DNA of 64,000 nt from the NCBI GenBank assembly GCA_020629695.1, contig JAHDCV010000003.1, forward strand, positions 45,587 through 109,586, read 5' to 3'. The position numbers and the translations under genes were made by a program. The notes under the pieces are model-generated. The model saw only the letters and a program-made list of their open reading frames with translations. It was not told the origin of the DNA and did not search any database. This DNA is from Acidimicrobiales bacterium. GTDB lineage: Bacteria > Actinomycetota > Acidimicrobiia > Acidimicrobiales > SZUA-35. How positions within the stretch are numbered: position 1 is the stretch's first letter; the number at the start of each line of letters is the position of its first letter. Positions 8,203 through 17,201 of this stretch are shown piece after piece.

Positions 8203-9198
8203 GTGACCGACTCCGCCACACCCACCGACTCCAAGCAGATGGACGAAGGCGCCGCTGCGACCTTCGCCGGGGCATTCGCCCGGATCGTGGACAACATGGC
8301 GACGGTCGTACAGGGAAAGCGTGAGGTCCTCTCCGATGCGCTGGTGTGCCTGATCGCCGGGGGCCATCTCCTGGTCGAGGACGTACCCGGTGTGGGCAAG
8401 ACGACCGTCGCAAAAGCCCTGGCCGCATCGTTCGGCGCCCCGCTCGGGCGCATCCAGTTCACCCCCGATCTCCTCCCCGCCGACGTCACCGGCGTGAGCG
8501 TCTGGAACCGGGCCACCTCGACCTTCGAGTTCCGACCCGGGCCGATCTTCGCCGGACTCGTCCTGGCCGACGAGATCAACCGGGCCTCGCCGAAGACCCA
8601 GTCGGCACTGCTCGAGGCCATGGCCGAACAGCAGGTGACGATCGACGGGACGACCCATCGGCTCCCGGATCCGTTCATGGTGATCGCGACACAGAATCCG
8701 ATCGAGCAGGAGGGCACCTATCCCCTGCCCGAGTCGCAGCTCGATCGATTCGAGATGAAGATCTCGATGGGGTACCCCGCCCGGGACGCCGAGCTCTCGA
8801 TCCTCGAGACCCACGCCGTCAGCGGGGTCGTCGACGATCTGGGGCCGGTCGCCAACGTCGACGACATCGTGCGACTCTCACGACTCGCCGCCCGGGTCGA
8901 GCTGAGTCCCGCGCTTCGCCACTATCTCGTCGACCTGGCCGACGCCTCCCGTCGCCACCCGTCGATCCAGCTGGGCATGTCTCCTCGGGCGACCCTGAGC
9001 CTCCAGCGTGTGGCGCGGGTCCGTGCCGCCGCCGACGGACGCACCTTCGTCCTGCCGGACGACGTGAAGGCCGTGGCGCCGGCGGTGATCGGCCATCGCC
9101 TCGTGCTCCAACCGGAGGCCGTGCTCAACGGCACGTCGCCCACCCAGCTGATCAACGACATCCAGGCGGCGGTGGCCACACCCCGAGATCGGGCCTGA
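8203..9198 (+). CDS. MoxR-like AAA+ ATPase
   Basis: Walker A VPGVGKTT, Walker B VLADEINRASPKTQSALLEAM, and the MoxR C-terminal lid. Confidence 0.92.
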   Translation: MTDSATPTDSKQMDEGAAATFAGAFARIVDNMATVVQGKREVLSDALVCLIAGGHLLVEDVPGVGKTTVAKALAASFGAPLGRIQFTPDLLPADVTGVSVWNRATSTFEFRPGPIFAGLVLADEINRASPKTQSALLEAMAEQQVTIDGTTHRLPDPFMVIATQNPIEQEGTYPLPESQLDRFEMKISMGYPARDAELSILETHAVSGVVDDLGPVANVDDIVRLSRLAARVELSPALRHYLVDLADASRRHPSIQLGMSPRATLSLQRVARVRAAADGRTFVLPDDVKAVAPAVIGHRLVLQPEAVLNGTSPTQLINDIQAAVATPRDRA

Positions 9199-10358
9199 TG
9201 CGCCCCACCCGAGCGGGCCTCGGCATCCTCGCCGTCGGTGTCGTCGTGGTCGGCCTCGGCCGGCTCTTCGGCGCCTTCGAGCTGTTCCTGCTCGGGGCGG
9301 GCCTGCTCGCCGCCTTCGGGCTCGCCGCGCTCGTCCATCTCACACTCGGCCTCGACCTCGGTGTCTCCCGAACCACCAGCCCGGCGGTGCTCCGGGCGGG
9401 CACACCCGCCCAGGTCGACCTCGTGCTGCACAACCGCGCTCGACGATCGACACCGGTGATGGAGCTGGTCGACCAGGTCGAGAACACCCAGGGTGCGCGT
9501 CTGCATCTCGCCGCGATCCGTCGAGGCGACGACGCCCGGGTGTCGTACCGTCTCCCGACTCGTCGCCGCGGTCCGCTGTCGGTCGGTCCGCTCTCACTCG
9601 ACCTGGGCGATCCGCTCGGTCTCGTGCATTCGCGCCTCGAAGCCGCGGGGGTGACCCCCCTCGTGGTGCGCCCCGCGTTGCTCGATTTCGCCCCCGTCCG
9701 GGCGACGGCGGGGCACGATCCGGTGGCCGACACCCAGCGCCATCGGGCGCTGGCGGTGGCCGGCGAGGAGTTCCACTCGCTTCGCCCGTACGTCGTCGGC
9801 GACGAGCTCCGCCGCGTGCACTGGCCCCACTCGGCCCGTACCGGCGAACTCGTGGTGCGGACCGAGGAGCGTGCCCGCACCGGCCGGGTCACGATCGCCC
9901 TCGACATCCGCCGTGATCCCGAGGGCGACCCCGACGCGTTCGAACGGGCCGTCTCGGCCGCTCTGTCGGCGCTGGTCGCCGCACATCGTGGCGGCGAGGC
10001 CGTCCAGTTCGTGACCACGGGGCTCGCCCCACCGGTCGAGGTCCGGAGCCGTGCCGATCTCGATCGGCTCGACGAGGAACTCGCGACGATCACCACCACC
10101 GAGGCGGCCAGCCTCGTGCGCACCGTCGAGCAGCTCGGACGGTCCGGCCGGGGTGGTCTCCTCGTCACCGTGTCCACCGGCGTCGACAGCGACGTCGCCG
10201 CCACTCTCGTTCGGGCCCGTCGCCGATTCGCCCATGTCATCACGATCGTCTGCGGCGACGGCGCCCCGGCGGGGGTGACGGGCATCGTGCGTCACGACGG
10301 CGTGCACGACCCCGTCGCCGAGTGGTCCCGAGCCGTGCGCACGAGGTCGGCGGCATGA
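9198..10358 (+). CDS. DUF58 (vWA-like) protein, MoxR partner
   Basis: In-frame ATG 9198 (ATGA overlap with the moxR stop) within track ORF 8346..10358. Two N-terminal TM helices and the DUF58 signature HSLRPYVVGDELRRVHWPHSARTGELVVR. Confidence 0.88.
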   Translation: MRPTRAGLGILAVGVVVVGLGRLFGAFELFLLGAGLLAAFGLAALVHLTLGLDLGVSRTTSPAVLRAGTPAQVDLVLHNRARRSTPVMELVDQVENTQGARLHLAAIRRGDDARVSYRLPTRRRGPLSVGPLSLDLGDPLGLVHSRLEAAGVTPLVVRPALLDFAPVRATAGHDPVADTQRHRALAVAGEEFHSLRPYVVGDELRRVHWPHSARTGELVVRTEERARTGRVTIALDIRRDPEGDPDAFERAVSAALSALVAAHRGGEAVQFVTTGLAPPVEVRSRADLDRLDEELATITTTEAASLVRTVEQLGRSGRGGLLVTVSTGVDSDVAATLVRARRRFAHVITIVCGDGAPAGVTGIVRHDGVHDPVAEWSRAVRTRSAA

Positions 10359-12700
10359 GTCCCGACCGACCGGCGATCCTCGAGCTGACCGCAGCGCTGC
10401 TGGTACCGGCCGCACTGTTCGGATTCACCCGCCTGTTCCTCGACAACGACGCCCTGGTGCCGATCGTCGGTGCGGCGCTGCTGTCGACGCTGCTCGCGGC
10501 GATCCTGCGGCGGCTCCGCGTGCCACTGCTCCTCGCCACGATCGCCTCGATCGTCGGGCTCGCCCTCCTCATCCAGCAGCGCTACGCACCGGGCACGGCC
10601 CGCGCCGGGGTCATTCCGACCGAGGAGACACGCGAAACCCTCCGGGCGCTGCTCGATGTCGGTATCGAGCGATTCCGGGCGACCAAGGCACCCGTGCCGT
10701 CCGAGGCGCCGTTCGTGGCCGGAGCGATGATCGCCGCGTGGGCCGCCGCCTTCCTCACCGACTGGGGGGCACACCGGCTGCGCCTCGCCTTCGAACCCGT
10801 CCTCCCGGCCGGCCTGCTGTTCATCTTCGGGTCGATCTACGGCTCCGAGGAGATGCGGCTCACCTCGGCCGCGGTCTTCGCCGCGGCGACGCTCACCTGG
10901 GCCGTGAGCCAACGAACCGTCCGACTGGCCACAGAACAGTCGTGGTTGACCATCGACCGACGCCGCGGCCCGATCGGCGTCGCCCAGGGTGCCCTCGGCA
11001 TCGGTGCGGTCGCGATCGCCTTCGGCCTGATCGCCGGGCCGCTCATCCCCGGCTCCGACGCCGAGGAACTCGTCCGCTTCCGGACCAGGAGCGATCCGTC
11101 TCGCGTCGTGCTCTCCCCCTTCGTCGACATCGAGTCCCGACTGGTCGACCAGACCTCGGTCGAGCTGTTCCAGGTCCGCTCCGAACGTCCGGCGTATTGG
11201 CGGATGGCGGGCCTCGATCTCTACGAGGACGACATCTGGAAGGTGTTCTCCAACTTCACGCCGACCGATGGCGCGCTGCCCGGTGCCGAGACCCGGGCCG
11301 GAACCACCGTCGCCGTGCGCCAGGACGTCACCATCACGAGCCTCTCGGGTGAGTGGCTCCCCGCGGCGTACGCACCTCGCGAGGTCGAGGTGGACTCCGT
11401 CGGCGTCACCTGGAACGCCGAGACCGGTTCGCTCATCACGGCGGAGAACGGCGCCATCGTCGAAGGGCTCAGCTACACCGTCGAATCGGTGCTGCCGATC
11501 TTCACCGTCGACGAGATCGAAGCGGCCTCCACCCGGGTCCCCGCCGACATCGCCGAGCGCTTCCTGGCGCTGCCCGACGACCTCCCGGAGATCGTGACGA
11601 GCGAGGCGGAGCGGATCACGGCCGACAGCACCAGCCGATTCGAATCGATGCTCGCCCTCCAGGACCACTTCCGGCAGTTCGACTACTCCGTGCGGCTCGG
11701 AGCGAGGAATCCAGACCTCGACCCGATCGAACAGTTCCTGGACGAGCGGGTCGGCTTCTGCCAGCAGTTCGCCGGCACGTTCGCCCTCATGGCCCGTCAC
11801 CTCGGAGCGCCGGCCCGTGTGGCCGTCGGTTTCACCTGGGGCGACCCGATCGGGCCACCCGATGAAGACGGATTCACCACCTACTCGGTGAGCGGACGCC
11901 AGACCCATGCCTGGCCCGAGGTCTGGTTCGAAGGCCTCGGCTGGGTGGCGTTCGAACCCACGCCGGGCCGAGGGGCCCCGGCTGCGGCGGCCTACACGGG
12001 CGTCGCCGCCCAGCAGGACTCGCTGGTGCAACCGGACGACCCGGCCGGACCGACGACCACCACGACCGACCCCGGCAGTGGGCTCGCGTTGCCGAGCTCC
12101 TCGGTCGATCTGGACGACCTCCTGGACCTGAACCCCGACGACGCCGCCGCGGGCACCGGCGCGACAGTCGACCAACCGCTGGACCTGCCATGGCGGCTCA
12201 TCACGATCGTGCTCGCCGCCCTCGCCTATCTGGTGGGTGTTCCGGCCTTCCATCGTGCTCGACGTGCCCGGCGAGCCCGCCGAGCACCCACCCGGGCCGC
12301 TGCGGTCGACGCCGCCTGGGCGGACATGGTCGAAACGGCCGAGGGCATCTCATTGCTTCGTCGTGGGGACGAGACCGAGCTCGAGTTCGCCGCTCGCATC
12401 GGCGAGGACCGGCGGTTCGACGGCGAGTCGCTCCGACGACTCGCCCGCCTCACCGCATCCGCCCGATACGGGCCGGAACCGTCGACGACCTCGGTCGAAC
12501 ACGCCCGATCGCTCTCCGATCAGCTCGTCGCGCAGATGCGACGCACCGGGACTCGAGGAATGTGGCTCCGGCGGGATCTCGCCCCGAGGCGCCTCCTGCG
12601 CCCCACCGATCGGACCGTGGCCGACGAACGTGCGCTTCCGGAATCACGACCGACCGTGCGTCTCGACCCGATCGAGCTGGAGTCGACGACCCCGCGCTGA
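10355..12700 (+). CDS. Transglutaminase-like multi-pass membrane protein
   Basis: ATG 10355 (ATGA overlap with the DUF58 stop). About 6 N-terminal TM helices, a transglutaminase core GFCQQFAGTFALMARHLGAPARVAVGF ... HAWPEVWFEGLGWVAFEPTP, and a C-terminal TM. Confidence 0.9.
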   Translation: MSPDRPAILELTAALLVPAALFGFTRLFLDNDALVPIVGAALLSTLLAAILRRLRVPLLLATIASIVGLALLIQQRYAPGTARAGVIPTEETRETLRALLDVGIERFRATKAPVPSEAPFVAGAMIAAWAAAFLTDWGAHRLRLAFEPVLPAGLLFIFGSIYGSEEMRLTSAAVFAAATLTWAVSQRTVRLATEQSWLTIDRRRGPIGVAQGALGIGAVAIAFGLIAGPLIPGSDAEELVRFRTRSDPSRVVLSPFVDIESRLVDQTSVELFQVRSERPAYWRMAGLDLYEDDIWKVFSNFTPTDGALPGAETRAGTTVAVRQDVTITSLSGEWLPAAYAPREVEVDSVGVTWNAETGSLITAENGAIVEGLSYTVESVLPIFTVDEIEAASTRVPADIAERFLALPDDLPEIVTSEAERITADSTSRFESMLALQDHFRQFDYSVRLGARNPDLDPIEQFLDERVGFCQQFAGTFALMARHLGAPARVAVGFTWGDPIGPPDEDGFTTYSVSGRQTHAWPEVWFEGLGWVAFEPTPGRGAPAAAAYTGVAAQQDSLVQPDDPAGPTTTTTDPGSGLALPSSSVDLDDLLDLNPDDAAAGTGATVDQPLDLPWRLITIVLAALAYLVGVPAFHRARRARRARRAPTRAAAVDAAWADMVETAEGISLLRRGDETELEFAARIGEDRRFDGESLRRLARLTASARYGPEPSTTSVEHARSLSDQLVAQMRRTGTRGMWLRRDLAPRRLLRPTDRTVADERALPESRPTVRLDPIELESTTPR

Positions 12701-12718
12701 GGTGCGGCGCTGAGGTGA

Positions 12719-13075
12719 TCAGTCGTCGGCGGGGTCCGGGGTGCCGTCGCCACGCATGCCGGGATTGGCGGCGCGGATGGCGCTCGAGACCTGGGTCATC
12801 CCGGCTCGGCCCATCAGTCGGAGGTTCCGCTCGAAGCCGAGCGCTCCGACGAGCATGATCAGGAAGCCGACGAATGCGACGAGGAAGTGGATGCGGAGGG
12901 TGCCGATCATCACGGCGGCCCCGATGACGAGCAGCGCCGTCGACCACTTCATCGACCCCAGCGCGTGACGGTAGACGGTGGTCTCGGAGACCTCTCGGGC
13001 CAACCGGGGATCGGATTCCTCGAGATGCTTCTCGATCTCGGAAAGGATCCGCTGTTCGTCTTCAGACAGGGGCAT
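12719..13075 (-). CDS. DUF3040 membrane protein
   Basis: MPLSEDEQRILSEIEKHLEESDPRLA is the DUF3040 N-terminus, followed by two TM helices. ATG 13075 is preceded by GAGAGG 7 nt upstream. Confidence 0.85.
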   Translation of the reverse strand: MPLSEDEQRILSEIEKHLEESDPRLAREVSETTVYRHALGSMKWSTALLVIGAAVMIGTLRIHFLVAFVGFLIMLVGALGFERNLRLMGRAGMTQVSSAIRAANPGMRGDGTPDPADD

Positions 13076-13258
13076 CAAGCGACCTCTCACACACTACGCC
13101 GACGGAAGTTTCGCGCACCGGAGTGCCCGAGACAACGCGGGCTTCAGTATTCCATCGGCACCGGGGAGGGCGATGTCACCCTCCAGCCTGGCTTTTCGGG
13201 ACATTCAGCACGACATCGGGCGGGGTTTCCTGCCCAGATCCCCGTTTCCAGGGTGTTC

Positions 13259-14593
13259 TCAGCGAGGTGGGAGCTGCGCCGGACCCCACATCTCGTCGCC
13301 GGGCTTGCCCTGTTCGAGGCCGTCTTCGGTCGCCAGAACCGCCGGGCCGATCGCTGTGTGCCCGAATCGTCGGCGGATCTCGTCGATGGCGGAGTTGGTC
13401 GCCTCGTCGACCTCGACCGACGTCCGGCCCGCCTCGGCCGGAGCCCCATCGCCAGCTCCCAACACGTCGTCGAAGCTGAGTTGGTCCGCCGCATCGGTGG
13501 TGAGTGACGTCACACCGACACCGAGCAGCCGCACCCCGTCGCCGAGATCGAGCTGATCGAACATCTCCCGGGCGGTTCGATGGATGGTCGGAGCGGAGTG
13601 CGTGCTCCGTTCCAACGTGTGCGAGCGGGTCACGGTCCGGAAGTCGGCATGACGGAGTTTCAGGACCACGGTTCGTCCGCGCACGCCGCTGGCACGCATC
13701 CGGGCGGCGACGGCGTCGGCCATTCGTACCAACTCACGGTCGAGTGTCCCCCGGTCGACCAGGTCATGGGCGAACGTCTCCTCGTGGCTGATCGACTTCG
13801 CGGCCCGATTCGTCTCGACCTCGCGCCGATCGTGCGCTCTCGCCATCGCGTGGAGGTGTTGCCCCTGGGCCTGACCCAGCACCCCGACGAGCCGTTCGAG
13901 CGTCACCGTCCGGAGATCGGCGACCCGGACGACGCCGAGCCGGGCGAGTTTGTCGTGGGTCTTCGGTCCGACTCCCCACAACGCACGGACGGGCAAGGGG
14001 TCGAGGAACGCCTGCTCGCCTCCCGCCGGCACCACGTACACCCCGGGTCCGGGCAGGATCGATCGACCTTCGATCCGGGGTTTGGCCTCGACACTGGCCA
14101 GCTTGGCGATGAGCTTCGACGTCCCGCCGCCCACCGACGCCGGAAGTCGCTCCTGCTCACGGATCCGATCGCGGATCACCCTGGCGATCGCCTCGGGCGG
14201 ACCGAGGAGGCGGGTGGCGCCGGCGACATCGAGGAACGCCTCGTCGAGCGAGATCGGCTCCACCGAGGGTGTCACGTCGTCGAAGATCGCCATGATCCTC
14301 GCGGAGACCTCCTGGTAGCGCGAGTGGTCGCCGTGCAGGAAGACCGCGTGGGGGCAGAGCTGGCGAGCACGGGCCGAGGGCATGGCCGACCGGATGCCGT
14401 GGACCCTGGCCTCGTAGGAGGCGGCGGCGACGACACCCCGGTCGCTGGATCCGCCGACGATCACCGGCCGCCCCCGGAGCGACGGGTCGTCGCGGATCTC
14501 GACCGAGGCGTAGAAGGCGTCCATGTCGACGTGCAGCACCGTCGGCTGCTCCCGCTGAGGTCGTGGCGTCGTCACCCCATCACCCGAGGGCAC
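13259..14593 (-). CDS. dinB: DNA polymerase IV (Y-family, DinB)
   Basis: [23 protein letters not shown], and the little-finger domain. The GTG start directly abuts the Nudix stop (TGA-GTG, 0-nt gap). Confidence 0.93.
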   Translation of the reverse strand: MPSGDGVTTPRPQREQPTVLHVDMDAFYASVEIRDDPSLRGRPVIVGGSSDRGVVAAASYEARVHGIRSAMPSARARQLCPHAVFLHGDHSRYQEVSARIMAIFDDVTPSVEPISLDEAFLDVAGATRLLGPPEAIARVIRDRIREQERLPASVGGGTSKLIAKLASVEAKPRIEGRSILPGPGVYVVPAGGEQAFLDPLPVRALWGVGPKTHDKLARLGVVRVADLRTVTLERLVGVLGQAQGQHLHAMARAHDRREVETNRAAKSISHEETFAHDLVDRGTLDRELVRMADAVAARMRASGVRGRTVVLKLRHADFRTVTRSHTLERSTHSAPTIHRTAREMFDQLDLGDGVRLLGVGVTSLTTDAADQLSFDDVLGAGDGAPAEAGRTSVEVDEATNSAIDEIRRRFGHTAIGPAVLATEDGLEQGKPGDEMWGPAQLPPR

Positions 14594-15178
14594 TCACCGG
14601 CGATGGAGTTGCGCCGTGGCCAGGTGCGCCCCGTCGAGGCGATACCCGAAGCGGCGGCCGTCGTCGACGCCGTCGTCGAGATGGGCGAGCAGGGGTTCGT
14701 GGACCCACGGTGGGCCCTCGATCAGATTCGAGCGCGCCGTGTCGAGATCGAGGAACGCCGCGGTCTCGACGATCCCGTCCGGGTCGTCGATGTGGATCTC
14801 GCCGTGGATCTCGGCGGGATCGGCCCGGTGGGCCACGACCCGGAGATGGAACCCGGCGTCGGGAGCGACGACCTCGACCTCGTAGAGCGGGACACTCCAA
14901 CGAGCGACCGACAGCCCCGTCTCCTCACGCACTTCCCGGGTCAGCGCCTCGACGGGCTGTTCGCCGAGGTCGATCACACCACCAGGCGTCGACCAATCGA
15001 GGCTCCCGTTGCGGCGGCGGTTCTGCACGAGCAGGACGGAGTCGCCCCGCCGGACCACCCCCGCGGCCACCGACCACCGGCGGAGGCCGGCGACGACCTC
15101 GGACCCGAGGTCGTAGCGCGCCGCCGTCGCCGCGTGGTCGCCGTCGTGGAGTGCGACGGGATCCGGGATCGACGACAT
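14594..15178 (-). CDS. NUDIX hydrolase
   Basis: Nudix box GGVIDLGEQPVEALTREVREETGL. The start is taken at ATG 15178 (MSSIPDPV). The track ORF to 15604 overlaps the opposite-strand gene and is Arg/Gly-rich. Confidence 0.85.
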   Translation of the reverse strand: MSSIPDPVALHDGDHAATAARYDLGSEVVAGLRRWSVAAGVVRRGDSVLLVQNRRRNGSLDWSTPGGVIDLGEQPVEALTREVREETGLSVARWSVPLYEVEVVAPDAGFHLRVVAHRADPAEIHGEIHIDDPDGIVETAAFLDLDTARSNLIEGPPWVHEPLLAHLDDGVDDGRRFGYRLDGAHLATAQLHRR

Positions 15179-15211
15179 CCGGCCATCATGCCAGGGCCGT
15201 AGGCTCCGGGC

Positions 15212-15610
15212 ATGACGTCGGACGACGCGACCGATCCCGGGACCGAACTGAGCGTGCCGGACCCGGCCGAGCATCCGCTTCCCTTCGAGGGCCTCCGGGC
15301 GCCCGAGCCCGTCGACGCCACCCCACCGACCGGCGCCCGGGTCCTGGCGATGGGCTCGATCCTGCTCGGCGGACTGCTCGGCGGCCTCATCGGTTTCGGG
15401 ATCGGAGACGCACTCGGCTCCGTCGGGACCGAGACCGTGCAAGGCGCCGACGGCAGTGAGAACTGGTCCGCGATCGGCGCCGTCATCGGCGCCGTGGTCG
15501 GGGCCCTCGGCGTCGGCGTCGTGGCGAGCCTCACGCTGCGGGCCATGAACGAGTGGTCGGCGGTCAAACATCCCGAAGATCCGAATCCGAATCGACGAGG
15601 GCATCTGTGA
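15212..15610 (+). CDS. Gly-rich small membrane protein, unknown function
   Basis: 132 aa with two glycine-zipper-like TM segments (LAMGSILLGGLLGGLIGFGIG and IGAVIGAVVGALGVGVVASL). GTGA overlap with the next gene. Confidence 0.6.
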   Translation: MTSDDATDPGTELSVPDPAEHPLPFEGLRAPEPVDATPPTGARVLAMGSILLGGLLGGLIGFGIGDALGSVGTETVQGADGSENWSAIGAVIGAVVGALGVGVVASLTLRAMNEWSAVKHPEDPNPNRRGHL

Positions 15611-16446
15611 CGACTCCCGAACCCCTGCACCTCGAGCTACGAGACCTGGCCGCGGGGCTCGCTGTCGAGGCCGGTGAGGACGCGCTCCGACGTCGCGACG
15701 ACGTCATCGCGTCGGCCGAGACCAAGTCATCGGCGACGGATCTGGTCACGGAAGCCGATCGTGCCGCCGAGCGCCTCATCATCGACGGCATCACGGCCGC
15801 ACGGCCAGGCGACGGCATCGTCGGCGAAGAGGGCGGGGACCGGGCGTCGACGACCGGCCTGTCGTGGTTCATCGATCCGATCGACGGCACCACCAACTTC
15901 GTCTACGGCATCCCGGACTGGGCGGTCTCGATCGCCGTCGCGGAGATCGATCCCGCTCGACCCGATCAACCCGGCCGCGTCGTCGCCGCCGCGGTGTCCG
16001 ACCCCGGCAAGGGCCTGCTCTACACCGCGGCGGAGGGCGCCGGCGCACAACTCGACGGCGCGACGATCCGGTGCTCGACGACGAGCGATCTCGGTCTGTC
16101 ACTCGTCGGCACGGGGTTCAGCTACCTCGCCGATCGACGACGCCACCAGGCCGGCGTCATCGGTGAACTGCTGCCGTCGATCCGCGACATCCGGCGCCAC
16201 GGTGCAGCGGCGCTCGATCTCTGCTCGGTGGCTGCGGGGCGCCTCGACGCCTACTTCGAACTGGGTCTGAACTCCTGGGATCTCGCCGCTGGCTGGCTCA
16301 TCGCCACCGAGGCGGGAGCGGTCGTCGACGACCTCCGAGGCGGCTCGCCGAGCGCGACCTTCACCTTCGCCTCCACGCCCGGCATCGCCGAGACGCTGGG
16401 CGATGAGCTCCGCCGGCTCGACGCGGACCGTCCACCATCGGGCTGA
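15607..16446 (+). CDS. Inositol monophosphatase-family protein (SuhB/ImpA/HisN-like)
   Basis: Motifs VGEEGG, WFIDPIDGTTNF and WDLAAG. GTG 15607 overlaps the upstream stop; the track ORF starts at 15553. Confidence 0.9.
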   Translation: MTTPEPLHLELRDLAAGLAVEAGEDALRRRDDVIASAETKSSATDLVTEADRAAERLIIDGITAARPGDGIVGEEGGDRASTTGLSWFIDPIDGTTNFVYGIPDWAVSIAVAEIDPARPDQPGRVVAAAVSDPGKGLLYTAAEGAGAQLDGATIRCSTTSDLGLSLVGTGFSYLADRRRHQAGVIGELLPSIRDIRRHGAAALDLCSVAAGRLDAYFELGLNSWDLAAGWLIATEAGAVVDDLRGGSPSATFTFASTPGIAETLGDELRRLDADRPPSG

Positions 16447-16500
16447 TTCCCGGGTCGCCGGGCATGGTGCCTGACAGATCACCCTCGGTTGGGCCAACAT

Positions 16501-17190
16501 GTGCCGGTGGGAACACACATCCTGACGGTTGAAGACGACGAGCGGATTCGCCAGGCGGTGAAGCTCGCGCTGCTCGACGAGGGCTGGGCGGTCTCCGAAG
16601 CCGCGAACGGGGAGGACGCGCTCAACGTCTTCACGGCGGAGCCGACCGACGTCGTCCTGATCGACATCATGCTTCCCGGTATCGACGGGTTCGAGGTGTG
16701 TCGCTCCATCCGTCGCCGCAGTGACGTGCCGATCATCATGGTGACGGCTCGGGCCGACACCCACGACGTCGTGGCCGGCCTCGAGGCGGGCGCCGACGAC
16801 TACCTGACCAAGCCGTTCGCACCGAAGGAGCTCTCCGCCCGGATCCGGGCGCTGCTGCGCCGGAGCCGCAACGCCGACTCCGGCGAACTCGACCGGATCA
16901 CCGTCGGCGACCTCGAGATCCGTCCCGACGAGGGGGTCGTGAACCGGGGTGGGGAGGAACTCCACCTGACCAAGACCGAGTTCAAACTCCTCGTCGAGCT
17001 CGCCTCCTCCCCCGGCAAGGTGTTCAGCCGGGAGGCCCTGCTCGAGCGGGTGTGGGGCTACGACTACTTCGGCGACGGCCGGCTGGTGGATGTCCACATC
17101 CGCCGGCTGCGTACGAAGGTCGAAGCCGATCCGGCGAGCCCTCGCTACGTCGTGACCTCCCGCGGCCTCGGCTACAAGCTGCAGACCTGA
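16501..17190 (+). CDS. mtrA: OmpR-family response regulator (MtrA-like)
   Basis: Receiver domain (ILTVEDDERI ... DVVLIDIMLPGIDG ... KPF) plus a winged-helix domain (LTKTEFKLLVELA ... VDVHIRRLRTKVE). The start is ambiguous among TTG 16489, GTG 16501 and GTG 16507. Confidence 0.9.
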   Translation: MPVGTHILTVEDDERIRQAVKLALLDEGWAVSEAANGEDALNVFTAEPTDVVLIDIMLPGIDGFEVCRSIRRRSDVPIIMVTARADTHDVVAGLEAGADDYLTKPFAPKELSARIRALLRRSRNADSGELDRITVGDLEIRPDEGVVNRGGEELHLTKTEFKLLVELASSPGKVFSREALLERVWGYDYFGDGRLVDVHIRRLRTKVEADPASPRYVVTSRGLGYKLQT

Positions 17191-17201
17191 CCGGCGGACG
17201 G

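Noticed and set aside
10292-12253. 653-aa minus-strand ORF. Similar long antisense ORFs occur at 5123-6613, 13580-15202, 25358-27067, 29281-30885, 47264-48991 and 34318-35847.
   Set aside because: All lie opposite genes with strong family motifs and have an Arg/Gly/Pro/His-rich composition. Only the last 63 codons of 34318-35847 are kept, as the small Cys4 protein.
12694-12717. Direct duplication GCGCTGAGGTG at 12694-12704 and 12707-12717, at the convergent junction of the transglutaminase and DUF3040 genes
   Set aside because: It is very short, and the first copy contains the transglutaminase stop codon. This looks like a trivial local duplication, and I see no structure or function to attach to it.
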